From Takakia lepidozioides (Eukaryota > Plantae > Bryophyta), in assembly GCA_030704615.1 (NCBI GenBank), contig CM060732.1, forward strand, positions 76,446,001 through 76,510,000: a stretch of DNA of 64,000 bases, read 5' to 3'. Below are positions 12,745 to 24,832 of this stretch, in pieces. The notes under the pieces were generated by a model, which had not been told where the DNA came from, did no database searches, and saw only the letters and a program-made list of their open reading frames with translations. The first letter of the stretch is position 1. The number at the start of each line of letters is the position of its first letter. The position numbers and the translations under genes are program-made.

Positions 12745-13736
12745 ATGGAAGTCATCTTGCAGAGTCTCCAGCTCCAGATGCAAGAACTTCGTACCTCTAC
12801 TGCCCAACTACAATCTCAAGATCTTGGCAACGCTCTCAACAATTTGCAACAACAAATATCAGAGTTGAAAGAATCGAACAATGGATCTTCAACCATACGA
12901 GTCCCTACTACAACAGCTCTTACTGCAACGGTTCATCCACATCTTCAACAGATTACAAGAGATCCAAAGATCAGCATGCCCGAGAAATTTGATGGGACGA
13001 GATCAAGATTTCACGGTTTTGTTCAACAAGTATGATTGTTCCTATGACTACATCCACAATGCTACCCCATAAAGGTATTCAAGTAGGATTCGTGGAAGCA
13101 CTGCCCTATTTTGGTTTGCACCGTTATTAGAGAAAAATTCACATTTACTATACAATTTTGAAGCATTCATGTCCAAGTTCATTGCAACGTTGAGAGAGAA
13201 TGATGGAGAAAGAGTTGTAGAGACAAAGATGCGAAATCTACGACAAAGAGCGCATTCTGCTTCCAATTATGCTACCGAATTTCGACAATTTGCGTGCGAC
13301 CTCGACTGGAATGAGAAGAACCTCATTAGTCAGTTTCAATATGGACTAAAAAATGATGTAAAAGATTGTTGCTGACAATGCCAAACGCGAGTATACTGAG
13401 TAAATTCATCACCCAAGTCATTGCATGCGATAATCGTTTGTTCGAAAAACGTCAAGAGAAGCGATCTGGATGGTCGACGACGCTGTCGCTGCTACTACGG
13501 CACCAAACACAACAATCCATCAGACATTCGGTAGTGATCCTATGCAGATTGATGTTGTCCGATTCAAGCCATTGACCCAACCAGAAAAACAACGACGACG
13601 ACGCTCAAATGGATTATGTCTATGTTGTGGAGAAAAATATCACGTAGCATTAAACTGCCCCAACAAGAGAAGATTCAAAGTTCAGGACGCAACTCCAGTG
13701 TTCGATACGAGGATGTTGGAAAATAAAGATGTCTAG
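12745..13736 (+). pseudogene. gag: gag (decayed)
   Basis: PKISMPEKFDGTR, LRQ..SASNYATEFRQ, QFQYGLKNDVKD, DPMQID and a CLCCGEKYHVALNC zinc knuckle. Frameshifts and stops. Confidence 0.88.
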
Positions 13737-14911
13737 TCACGGTAGGGACCATGCGGCTAGACACCAGCAATTCTTCACCTAAAAAATGTCTCTTTCTACC
13801 TCCAGACCCTGCGCCTTGTTTCATAGTTCCAGTAAAAATCAGAATGCAAAATCGAGATATCTCCACATGAGCACTTTTGGACTCGGGCGCTTCAGCGTAT
13901 TTTATTGATAAAGACTTTGTGAAACAACACAATTTAACGCTTGTAAAAAAGAAATTCCGGACCTATGTTGAAGTTATCGATGGACGACCGTTAGCATCAG
14001 GAAACGTTGACCATGAAATTCGACCCCTTGAAGTGAAGCTTAAAAATCAAGCATCATATATTGTCACTATTGTCACGATCGCGAAACATTTCGGCAAGAT
14101 AAAAATGCAAAAATATCAAGGGTATTCAACCCCTGTTTCTTGGAGCTAGAGCCTTCATGAGAGCTACAAAGAAGGACGCGACATTTGCACTTTAGGTGAC
14201 TCCGATTAAGACCACAACAGATCAAGGACGTACTTCGACATTACCCACTCCATATCAAGATTTCAAGGATGTCTTCGAGAAGAAAAATGCAGGCATGTTG
14301 CCAGAACCTTATGAATGTGCAATCGAGTTGCAAGAAGGAGCCCAATCACCATTCGGCCTAATCTACAATTTATCTTAGACGGAGTTGACTGCTTTACGCG
14401 AATACATTGATGAAAATTTATGGAAGAATTTCATTCGACAATCGAAATCACCCGCGGGAGCACCTATCTTATTTGTGAAGAAGAAAAACAGATCGTTACG
14501 CATGTGTGTAAAGTATTGTGGGCTCAACAAAGTCAGTATAAAAAATCGTTACCCACTACCGCTGATTTTCGGACACCTCGAATAATTTGGACGAGCAATT
14601 TTTTTTACAAAAATCGATTTAAGAGGAACTATCGTGGGCTCAACAAAGTCACAATAAAAAATCATTACCCATTACCGCTGATTTTCGGACTCCTCGAACA
14701 ATTTGGACGAGCAAATGTTTTCACAAAGATTGACTTGAGATGAGCTTACAGCCTTGTACGGATAAAAGAAGGAGACGAATAGAAGATTGTTTTTTGCACA
14801 AGATATGGACATTTCGAATATAGTGTTATGCCTTTTGGTCTTAAAAATGCTCCAACAGTTTTCCAACATATGATGAATGACATCTTTTAAGAATTTTAAG
14901 ATGACTTTGTA

Positions 14912-15411
14912 GGAGGCAGTGTTTCCGGTGAGCGTAAGCAGAAAATGGCGTGAGTAGAAGAGGAATAATACTCAATTTTTGAGAATGTTCCCTTAATTAT
15001 GCGCGCGAACCTAACCTAAACCTAACCCGAATCAAAACCCGAACCTCGTAGTTCTGCATGGAACTACGAATTCATGTAGGAAATGCTGAATCCACGGAAA
15101 TAAACATACGACAGTTTCGCGCGGAACTGTAGATTTGCCACAGAAATATTCAACATGCACCCAAACACTCAATGCTATAAAATGTCTTCTTGGCATATGC
15201 GAATATGCTTGATATATTCTAGGTATATTTGTATATTTTTGGGATATTCTTAGAACATCATAGCATATTTTTGATATATTCGGAATTTTTTTAGGATATT
15301 CTTTACTAGTATTAGTGGGATACTCCAACAAATATTTTTGGAATATTTTTGGACCTGAGCCTGACTCGACCCAGCTGCTCACCGCTCACGCTTACGACTT
15401 ATCCGCCCTCC
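14912..15411. mobile_element. 500-bp non-autonomous DNA element inserted in RT
   Basis: Interrupts DDFV/VIYLDD. Termini GGAGG...CCTCC with imperfect inverted subtermini. 8-bp TSD ACTTTGTA/GCTTTGTA. Confidence 0.8.
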
Positions 15412-15920
15412 GCTTTGTAGTCATCTATTTGGACGACGTTTTGATATTTTTACAGAATGAAGAAGAACATGGTTGTCATGTACGCCTTGTCCTTGATAAA
15501 TTGAGGAAAAGATGACTATATGTCAAGTTGGAAAAATGTCTTTTCCATCAATATGAAATCGAATTTTTGGGCTACATTATTTCCGACAAATGAGTCTTTA
15601 TGGACCAGAAAAAAAAATACAAACTATCATCGAGTGGATTAATCCAACTTCGGTTCGAGATGTACAATGTTTTCTGGGGTTTGCAAATTTATATAAAAGC
15701 TTCATCAATGACTACTCCAAAACTGTTGCACCATTGACAAGACTTACATGGATTGCAAAATGGGCAAGAAACTGTGGTTTTGGGTCCAAATGAATTTTGA
15801 TCGCTCCCAAATTTGGCATGCACGTTGCATATGGAGTCATAACACGCCCCATTAAAAAACGGAATGAAAAAAAAACATGAGCACGCGAAACGTAGTCCAA
15901 CAGGTCCAAAAGTAATAGCA

Positions 15921-16330
15921 GATCCAACAGAATACATTCAATGGGTGAACGGATGGTTGCCCATCCAAATCATTTTTGTTTGCTTCCAAACTTTGCCAGT
16001 ATGTTCGAGACACCCTCTCACAGGTCTTGGACTAATATCAGATCAATCGAAATTCATTTGATGGCTCAACGGATGGTTGGCCATCGAAATGATTTTGGTT
16101 CGCTTTGAGACTTGGCCAATACGTTCAATGTACCATGGAAGAGGCCCCAGAGTAATGTGAGATCAACCAAAATTCGTTCAATGGGCCGACGGATGGTTCT
16201 CCATCCAAATGATTTTCGTTCGCTTTGAAACTTGGCCAGTGTGTTCAATGTACCCTCTGATAGGTCCTAGTGTAATATGAGATCAATCGAAATTCGTTCG
16301 ATGGCCAATGAGGCATTTAGTTGTCATCTG
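15921..16330. repeat. 120-bp tandem repeat (~3.4 copies) inside a ~700-bp foreign segment (~15750-16447) in pol
   Basis: Units begin GATC(C/A)A at 15921, 16041, 16161 and 16281. Pol stops at APLTRLT and resumes at FERLKQTFITAPIL. Confidence 0.85.
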
Positions 16331-19004
16331 GTTTTTGTTCATTGCGAAAAAGAAATCCTCCAATGCGTGCACGACTATTGCACCCAATGAACGGATGTGG
16401 TTGAAGCCCCTCTTTTGCCCGCATGTGCTTGAACATGTGTTAACCAGACATTTGAAAGGCTGAAGCAGACATTTATAACGGCTCCAATTCTGGTACATGC
16501 AGACCCATCCAAACCATTTTTCTTGGAAGCAAATGCATCGGACTTTGTACTTGGCGCTGTACTCTCTCAATACGGTACGGATGGCCGACTTCACTTTGTT
16601 GGTTTTCGTTCTTGAAATTTTTTTGCTACAGAGATCAATTATGAAATCCATGATAAAGAACTTCTAACGATTATCAATGCTTTTGAGGAGTGGCGTCATC
16701 TATTGGATGAGCTTATTCAGGTCAGTGACTACACTGATCACAAAAACCTCGAGTATTTTTGAGTGCTCGTGTTTTGAATCGACGTCAAGCGAGATGAAGT
16801 ATGTCACTAGCAAGGTTTGATTTGTTATTACCTACCGCCCCTGACATCTTCAAGGAAAATCAGATGCTCTTTCTTGACGATCGTATCTTGCGCCAAAAGA
16901 AGGGGATGCAATTTTCGACCAATAAGAATCCATCATCTTGAAATCAACAAATCTCCCATTGAATACGGTATCAATGTCCATCTATGTCGATGCAGCAATT
17001 ATCAAGGAGATTTAGGGAGCACTGAAGAACAACCAATTTGCTAAGACACTACGAAATCAACTAAATCGACCTCGAGACCACCCATATGTTACAAACGATT
17101 TCGAATTTAAAGACGGTTTGCTTTATTTCACGGGACTTCTCTATGTACCTCCAGGACGTACACGACTTCGGATTCTTCAAACACGTCATGATTTTTCGGC
17201 TGTGGGACATTTTGGCTTCAATAAAACAATGGAATTGATATCCAGGGACTATTGGTGGCCGCAAATACGGAAACTGATGAAAGAATTTATAAAATCTTGT
17301 GACACGTATGCTAGAGCGAAGGGACCACGACATCGATCTTATGGCCTTCTTCAACCATTACCCATTCCCAAGTGTCCATGGTCGTCCTTATCAATGGACT
17401 TTATTACGGACCTTTCAATTTCGAATACCAATGATTCAATCATTGTTATCATAGATTGTTTCACGAAGATGACACATTTCATTCCATGTAATAAGACGGC
17501 TACAGGAGAAGACATGACAAAACTTTTTTCTCAACAACATTTACCGTATTCATGGACTCCCGGATGACATCGTATCTGATCGAGGACCACAATTCATATC
17601 AAATTTCTGGAAAGAATTATTTGAAATATTGAAAATCAAGATCAATATTTCGATCACCAATCATCCGTAGATTGATGGTCAAATCGAGCACATCAATCAA
17701 ATTTTGGACCAATATCTTTGCTGTATAATAAATTATCAACAGGATAATTGGACGGACCTTTTGCCATTGGTTGAGTTTGCCTACAACAACACTACACATT
17801 CATCGACGAAGCAAACTCCATTTTCTCCAATTGTGGTCACTACCCCCGATCCGACCCTCTCCACATGAAGACTGTTAGAAGCCCAGCTGCAGAAAACCTT
17901 GCTACTCATCTTGCTACGATTTACAAGGAGATTACATTCCAAGTAGCAGAGGCTAGAAAACAATATAAGGAGTATGCAGATCAACATCGACAACTTCAAC
18001 CCAAGTTCAAGGTCGGAGATCGTATATAGCTCCTTCGACGGAACATACGAACCTCGCGACCATCAAGGAAGTTGGATTATTAATGCTTGGGACCATTCAA
18101 AATTATTCGTCAAATTAATCCGGTCAGTTTTTGGCTTGAACTCCCACGAAGTATGCGCCTCCACCCAGTCTTTCATGTCTTATTATTAGTTTTGTATCAT
18201 CACTCAAGTATCCCTGGTAGAGTTTCTGTACCACCTCCACCAATTGAAGTCAATCATGAAATCGAGTATGAAGTTGATGAAGTCTTATTCGTACATTGCA
18301 AAGACTATGACATTAGCGAACGCATGTGGGAACCGTCATCCTTGCCAATGCATCTGATAAAGTCCAAGAGTTTCATCAACATTATCCAGCTAAGCCTTGA
18401 GTCACACGTCAATAAGTCGTCACAACGATGATGTCAGTCAAGTTAGCTTCAAGGTGAAGACTCCATATCAGTGTACCTGATACGCGCTAAGAAGAGAAGA
18501 GTACCACACATCAATATATATAACTACACTTTAAGCAGTCTTGCATCTTGTATTGGCAACATGGAGTCATAGGAATCGGATAGATTGGAGCTGTCGTCTT
18601 CCCAACTTCTAGACCAGCCATTCTGACTCTTGCAACCTTCACGCCGACGCCCTCGAGACGACGGGCCACCAATGCAACGCGTACTTCCTCGCTAGACCCC
18701 GTATGACGGCAAGTGGAGCCTACTCGAAGTCTGATAATCATGTTGGAGGTTGAGGCTTCGAACCCAGAGGACAACGAAATCATGTTTGAAGGCAGCTTTG
18801 AAGATACTCAAATCATTGCGTGGTCCTAAATTCAAGGTGTTGGACACTATTGATGATTGCAGGGACCTATAAATCATTTGAGTCAAGAACGAAGAGCTGA
18901 ATACTTGACAAGTACCATTCGCCGAATTTTGAATTTTCTTCAACTCTAAGCAAGTCCAAGATTTTACCGTTCCTCGAGGAACTCGGCGCTAGAGGAGGGG
19001 GTGA

Positions 19005-19537
19005 TGTCACGGACATAGCCCAGAAGAACTCACCGAGAGTAATTACCAGAAGTTATTAAGTTACCGGAAATTACAAATTTATCAAAATTACCATAATTTA
19101 TCATAATTTACCATAAATTATCAAGTTATCGAGAGCTACCAAATTACTGATAGTACCTCAGAAAATTGCTTAGGAAGCTTCCTGGTTGAGGAAACTTCTC
19201 AAGAGACTTCCATTGGTCGAGGAAACTTCTCAGGAGACTTCCTTCGGTTGAGGAAGTTTCTCAGGATACTTCCCTTAGCAGGGGAAGCTTATCAAGAAAC
19301 TTCCATTGGTTGGGGAAGTTTATTAAGAAACTTCTTAGTAGCTAGTATATGTAGGAGACGAGACTGGACACTATTCAGTTTCGCCAATACAAGTTCAAAC
19401 TACTCTTGTTCCCAGTTCCAGTACTCCAGTCCAGTTTCCAGTATTCCAGTACTACACGCCGACCTTGGCTTCTTGTCTAGTCTTGTACCTCTAGTCTAAT
19501 CTCTTGTTTGTACTCAGTTATGTTCTCGTCTTGGACA
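19005..19537 (+). repeat. 3' LTR of element 2
   Basis: Follows the PPT, repeats 12098-12685 with indels, and is followed by TSD GTATG. Confidence 0.92.
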
Positions 19538-19639
19538 GTATGTCCAGATCTACTAATTAGTTAGGTCATAAATAATGATCACCTTGATAGATTTATCATC
19601 AATGTCATCCATCATGGAGTGAGTCATTTAAATACTAAT

Positions 19640-21060
19640 TGGACAAATGCACTTCCTTAAAGTCCAATTTCATATGGGCATTCTAGGTAATGAAGAGGCT
19701 GATCACTTAGCACAAAAAGACGTTTCTCTCCCTCATGCAAAACCTCCTTCTGGAAAAAACTTCACATACCCACACTAATTCATTTTAGATAACTTATCAT
19801 GTACCAACTCGAACAAACCCTCAGCCTATTTACAATATCCTGCAAATAAATAAACCCAAAAACAAACATAAATTTTGCGAAGATACATTTTGTCCTGGTA
19901 GAAGAGTTGCTTATCCTCTCTGTGGCACATGGTGAAAGGGGGAATATTCAGGAAAAGCAGAGCTCGCAACGAGCAGGGGAAAGAAAAGCGCAGTGCAATA
20001 GTTCTGACAGCCTACAGAGCTCATACATTTAAGATCATGTACACGTGTTGCATAGTGACTTGTCGAAGATGTGAAATATGACATGTGTCGCATAGTGGCT
20101 ATCCAACACTCCTTGCACACCAAAAGTACAACCAAGAACCTCCGTCCAAAGACCCTTTACTTAAGGACTAACTTATACAAAGCATGATAGGTTTAGGTGA
20201 CGGACCACCTGTCCAGGCCTAAGTGACTAACTGACATGATTATCAATCCATACCACCGGTTCATAGAACGGCTCTGATGCAACCAATCTGCATCTAGGGT
20301 TACCTATATCTCATGAGTAATCAATGGTTTATACAACGGTCCTATAACTGCCTACAATACCAAGTAATGGATCTGTGACATCATAGATGAAAGAAGAGAT
20401 AATGCGGCCAGGTAAGCATGAGCCATCACAATCTCTCTTGCCCACAGTAAACACACATACAAAAATGTACGAAATCGAGCACCTTACTCCATAAACTTTC
20501 CAACCACTTTTGGACCTCCAAAGTAGTCACGGATGTAAGCTTAAATTCGGCAAACCCTCCACTTCTGCTACACTAAACATGCAGGGCAATCAGTGCAAAA
20601 ACATCTCCCTTAATACTATCCACTTCGCACATCCAAATCCCGGCACGACACACTTGGCCCCACCCTATCATCCGACCTACACATAACTAAACACAAGCAA
20701 GATGTACGACACCTATAAGCTCCTTATATAACACTCGAAAAGCTCCCGGTTTTTATTCATAAATGTCGATATCTATCAAGGTAAACCTCATCATGATACC
20801 ACCCTCATGGCTGTTATTGTCTACATGCAACACACCCCCAAGTCAATGTCCCACCACTTTATGGCATGATATGTTACTAATTATTGGACTGCCGATCTCG
20901 GGTCACCCGTCTATGGCACCCAACCAAGACCTCACCATCAGATATGTTGAGTTCATATACTACCATGGCCATTACCTAGAACAAGCTGCATTGAAAGAAA
21001 AACACCAAAAATATGCTATGTAGAGTCTCAAATCCCTCCACAATGTTAATAAACGCAAAC
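19640..21060 (+). pseudogene. Relic of a non-LTR retrotransposon 3' part: RNase H, Zn knuckle and restriction-like endonuclease (Dualen/RandI-like)
   Basis: HFLKVQFHMGILGNEEADHLA (19650-19715); TWPH and LHITKHKQDV (~20650-20705); PPSWLL...DMLLIIGLP...IRYVEFIY...KEKHQKY (20790-21020). Interrupted by unrelated sequence at ~19890-20460. Confidence 0.55.
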
Positions 21061-21329
21061 TAGAATACAATGAACCCACACTATAAGGCATCATGTCGCT
21101 ACAACCCATGGAGCCCATCCCTAGAGGGGGGCAGTAGTTGCAAAGTGAAGCGGTTCTTAGGTACGACGGGTTCGGCCAAAGCATTCTCTCTTTCTCTCTA
21201 TGAAAGAAAAGCATTTATAAGCACTTTTATACTTATCGATATACAAATACATAAATATATTTTTGAGTTGTTTTTATATTGTTGGATCAGTCATTCTAGA
21301 TAAAAAAATGAAGAAAAAAAAAAATGAAC

Positions 21330-22656
21330 AAGTGTTGGACTGGTATATGTACTGGTATATGTACTGGTATAAGATACTAGAGCAGTCTGGTATCATTTGG
21401 AAGAATACTTGGTCATATACCAGACCACACGGGTATCAGTTTTTCCATACCAGCCACAACACCAGCACTCCCCCGTCGTCTTCCTCATTTATTCTGGTAT
21501 GTGTATTATACTAATTTATATATACATACCATAACCACATAGCAGATTAGGCAGAAATTAATTTTTTTTCTTAAAACGCCTAAGCAAATCTGTGATTTTT
21601 CAAGATTTATGCCTAAAAGGTTGGAAAAATAATGTGAAAGTGCCTAATTCAGTAAAATTGTGTAAAAAAATCCTACTCTATATAATTTCTATTGAAAACA
21701 AAAACAAATGCCTCCATAAATGTTCAAAAAGTATAGGCCAACCATACAACCTCCAAAGACCTTCCAATGATAAGTACTAAGTACAAAATCAAGCATTACA
21801 TATAAGGATTTCCAAGTTAGCAGGATAAGTACTAAGATAACGTAATTATTAATGTAGATTAAGGTGTGGGTATCAGGTTGTCACCGCCTTTTGTAGTTGG
21901 ATTTCTCTCTCACTCTCAAATGTCACTCCTTAATTCCATCTCCTAGGCCAACCACTTGTCGGGGTCGTTCCAACGACAGAGCAAAAAATTGAAGCTCAAT
22001 TTGAGCCCATTACCTTATGATCTTGTGGTGAGTGTGTTTGGGCCAGGATTTAGCCTGCGGGCTAAAAGTTACGCCTGACCTAAGCTTGGCCCAGGCTGGG
22101 TTCCTCCAGTGTTAACCATCTCCACATTTGCGCCCACATCGTCTAGTGGGCTCTCGGACGCCATCTCCATTAGAAAAGACTTTTTTTTAGGGTTTGTCCT
22201 TTGGGGATGGAAGGAGAAGTTCCAAGTGATGAAAGGTGCCTAACACCAAATATTATGGATGAAAAATGTCTAATTTACATAATTTTTTAAAAAGTGCCTA
22301 GAAAGAATATTCCAAATTTAATAATTATTAGGCAGTAGGGTGCCTAATCTGCTATGAACCTACGGTATGCATAATACTTGTATGTATGTATATATATATT
22401 GCTTTATGTGTATTGTATTTGTTTTCACTTGATACTCGCTATTTGATAAACTTGTAATTCAAGATGACTTTGGAATGATACCATAATTGATATCTCCTAC
22501 CAGTTGGTATTGTGGTCATGATACTCATACTCATACCAGTATCTGGAAAAAAAATACGTCCACCATTATATAGATCAGATTGGTATGAAAGTTTTGTGAT
22601 ACGTCTAGTACCAGGACCAGTCAGGTGTTCCTAAACCTGATACCAAAACAACACTG
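21330..22656. mobile_element. Degenerate hAT-like non-autonomous element
   Basis: (C/A)AGTGTTG...CAACACTG ends. Dense TGGTAT/ATACCA subterminal repeats at both ends. Imperfect 8-bp flanks AAATGAAC/ATATGATC. Confidence 0.5.
21538..22356. mobile_element. Nested MITE with perfect 16-bp TIRs
   Basis: CATAGCAGATTAGGCA (21538-21553) and TGCCTAATCTGCTATG (22341-22356). Internal GTGCCTAA repeats. Confidence 0.8.
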
Positions 22657-23084
22657 ATATGATCAATAGAGGAACACATGACAATAATGTAGTTGATGCA
22701 TGATGATAAATTATAATTCTTTTTTCATCCATAAGTTTGACCAAACTTTAATAAATATAACAACATCCAATAATTGGCCCAGGTGGTTAGGGCACAATGT
22801 TGCCTTATAAATGATTGTCGGTTTAAAACCACATAGGTTTATGTTGGATGTCATCTGTTATTACCAATCCAATTATAAAATGGGGTAGACTCAAATGTGA
22901 AAAATATAAAATTGGTGGGTTTCTTTCACGCGGTCCAATCACAAATGTCCACAACGTATTTGTACCTGGTTTTTGTATTTGTCGTATTTAGGCAAAGACA
23001 AGGAGTATAAGCATTCCGACATAGACCCTATATAGGGGAAAAAAAAACACACCCTGTAATTTATGTTACTAGGGTAGCCTCTAC

Positions 23085-24050
23085 CGTTGGCCCAAGTGTC
23101 AAGTGTCATCTAAGTCCAAGTGCAATCCCCAATGTATCCGAAGACATTCCCAGCAACCAAAAGTACTTGAAATTCGACATCTCCCACACCGCAGGTCCAA
23201 AAATCATAAGACCAAGTGGGTGCACCCTATTTGTCAATGGTTTTCTAACGGTACTAAAATCATGGACAAAGGCTCCGCGGTTTAGGAGACCTCAACGACA
23301 CTACAAACAATATTGTGAATGCCAATATTTTAAAAAGCACAATTTGCATTTATGTCCATGTGTACAAAAGACAAATGAAGGGCCAATCAAGGCTCAAAGA
23401 AAGCCCACTGTGCTATTTTTCACAGATTTTCAGCGACCAAAAACACTTGAAATTCCATATCTCCTATGTATCCAAGTGCGTATCCTTATGTCGAGGCCCA
23501 AATGCGACCTCTTGGGTAGCATGTGCATTTGACCCAAGTGTTCACTGTTATCTAAGCCCAAGTGTAAGATCTTTGCCCAAGTGCGACCTCTAGGGTAGCT
23601 TGTGCACTTCGCCCATGTGTGAAGAATTGAAATCTAGACCAAGTGCAATTTCCTATGTATATCCAAGTGCGTCTCCTATGTCAAGGCCCATCTAAGCCCA
23701 AATGCAATCTTCTATTCATGTATCCAAGTGCATCTAAGCCCAAGAGCAATCTCTCCTATCCAAATGGGGGTCTCCCATGTGAAAGCCCAATTTATTAGTT
23801 TCCATGAAGTAGTAATGTATCCAATCATTATTGATATATCTCTTGAAGAAAGCCCACTTTGCTATTTCACAAATTTCCAACGTCTAAAAGTACTTGAAAT
23901 CCCACACCGTAGGTCCAAAAATCATGAGACCAGGCAGGTGCATCCCTCCTCATCGCGGGCTTTCCAATGGTACCAAGCACCAGGGCTTGGGGCCTGCAGT
24001 TTAGAACATCTCAAAGCTACAAAACAAAACAAAACAAAACAAACAAACTA
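23085..24050. repeat. Composite repeat: CCAAGTG-rich units plus copies of a (TA)CTTGAAAT..GGTCCAAAAATCAT module
   Basis: Module copies at ~23150-23290, ~23395-23470 (partial) and ~23845-24020, interspersed with CCAAGTG/AAGCCCAA units. Confidence 0.6.
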
Positions 24051-24832
24051 CCTTGCTTCACATATTGATATTATGAGACCCAGAAAAATTAACCAGGCCT
24101 GACTACCTCATGGCAATGTTACTGTGAGAAGATTAATTTTTCTTGGCATCGATTCTCCCGTCCCTCTTCATTTAAGAAAAAAATGGAAAACAAAAATCCA
24201 GAAGTGTTTTGTTTTAGTGAAAGAACAACCAACAAATGCTCGCTGTAAGAACTGGAAAGCTGTAATTTTGAACTCACTATCCAAAAGTTCAAGCACATAA
24301 GATGGAAGATATATTCATCGAATGCAAAACTGGTTTCAATTGTGAGTAGGTAGTGATGCAGGCAACATATGGGTGAACTGGGTAAACCAGTTAGTTGCTC
24401 TTTCTATGTTGACCCATGACCCATACATTACGTGTTGAAGGCAGGTCTACATGCTGACCCAGTTTCTGTGGAGGCTTTCCATTGGTGCACTCATTCCATG
24501 GACTCAAGGAGGCCTCCTAAACCAGCAGTCATGTTGTATTGAGCACTACACTGAAGAAGAAGCAGGTTGCCCAGTCATTACTCACCTCATGTCTAAAAAA
24601 TGGACCTGTGCACAGCCAACTTCCCATACCCTGCTGCGAGTTGGTAAGAACAGGTCAGGTCGCATGGAAAGTGGTCCAAGGGCCTCCTCCAGCCAGGCTT
24701 GGACGCCTGTGATGTCACAAACGAGTCAGACGTGTGCAATGGAAAGTGGACCTTATAGCCACAAATTGGCATCTAGATTGTGTTGTCAATTACCCCCCGG
24801 CCAGCCCTTACATAGATATTCGACGGCACCAT

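Larger units (their letters stand above)
13750..18430 (+). pseudogene. pol: pol (PR, RT, RNase H, integrase, chromodomain), decayed and interrupted
   Basis: LDSGASAYFI; [15 protein letters not shown]; FVVIYLDD; ANASDFVLGAVLSQ; H..GHFG..YWWP; SLSMDFITDL; GPFKII..LHPVFHV; [11 protein letters not shown]. Confidence 0.92.
12098..19537 (+). mobile_element. Ty3/gypsy chromovirus (Tcn1/Tf1-like), full length but decayed (element 2)
   Basis: LTRs 12098-12685 and 19005-19537 (TGTCAC...GACA). TSD GTACG/GTATG. PPT AGAGGAGGGGGTGA 18991-19004. gag-PR-RT-RH-INT-chromo order. Confidence 0.95.

Noticed and set aside
15921-16330. CRISPR-like periodicity
   Set aside because: Whole 120-bp units are homologous, there are no unique spacers or cas genes, and the context is eukaryotic.
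22762-22851. tRNA/SINE-like A and B boxes inside an ACATCCAA/TTGGATGT inverted repeat
   Set aside because: No cloverleaf or anticodon arm; too degenerate to call.
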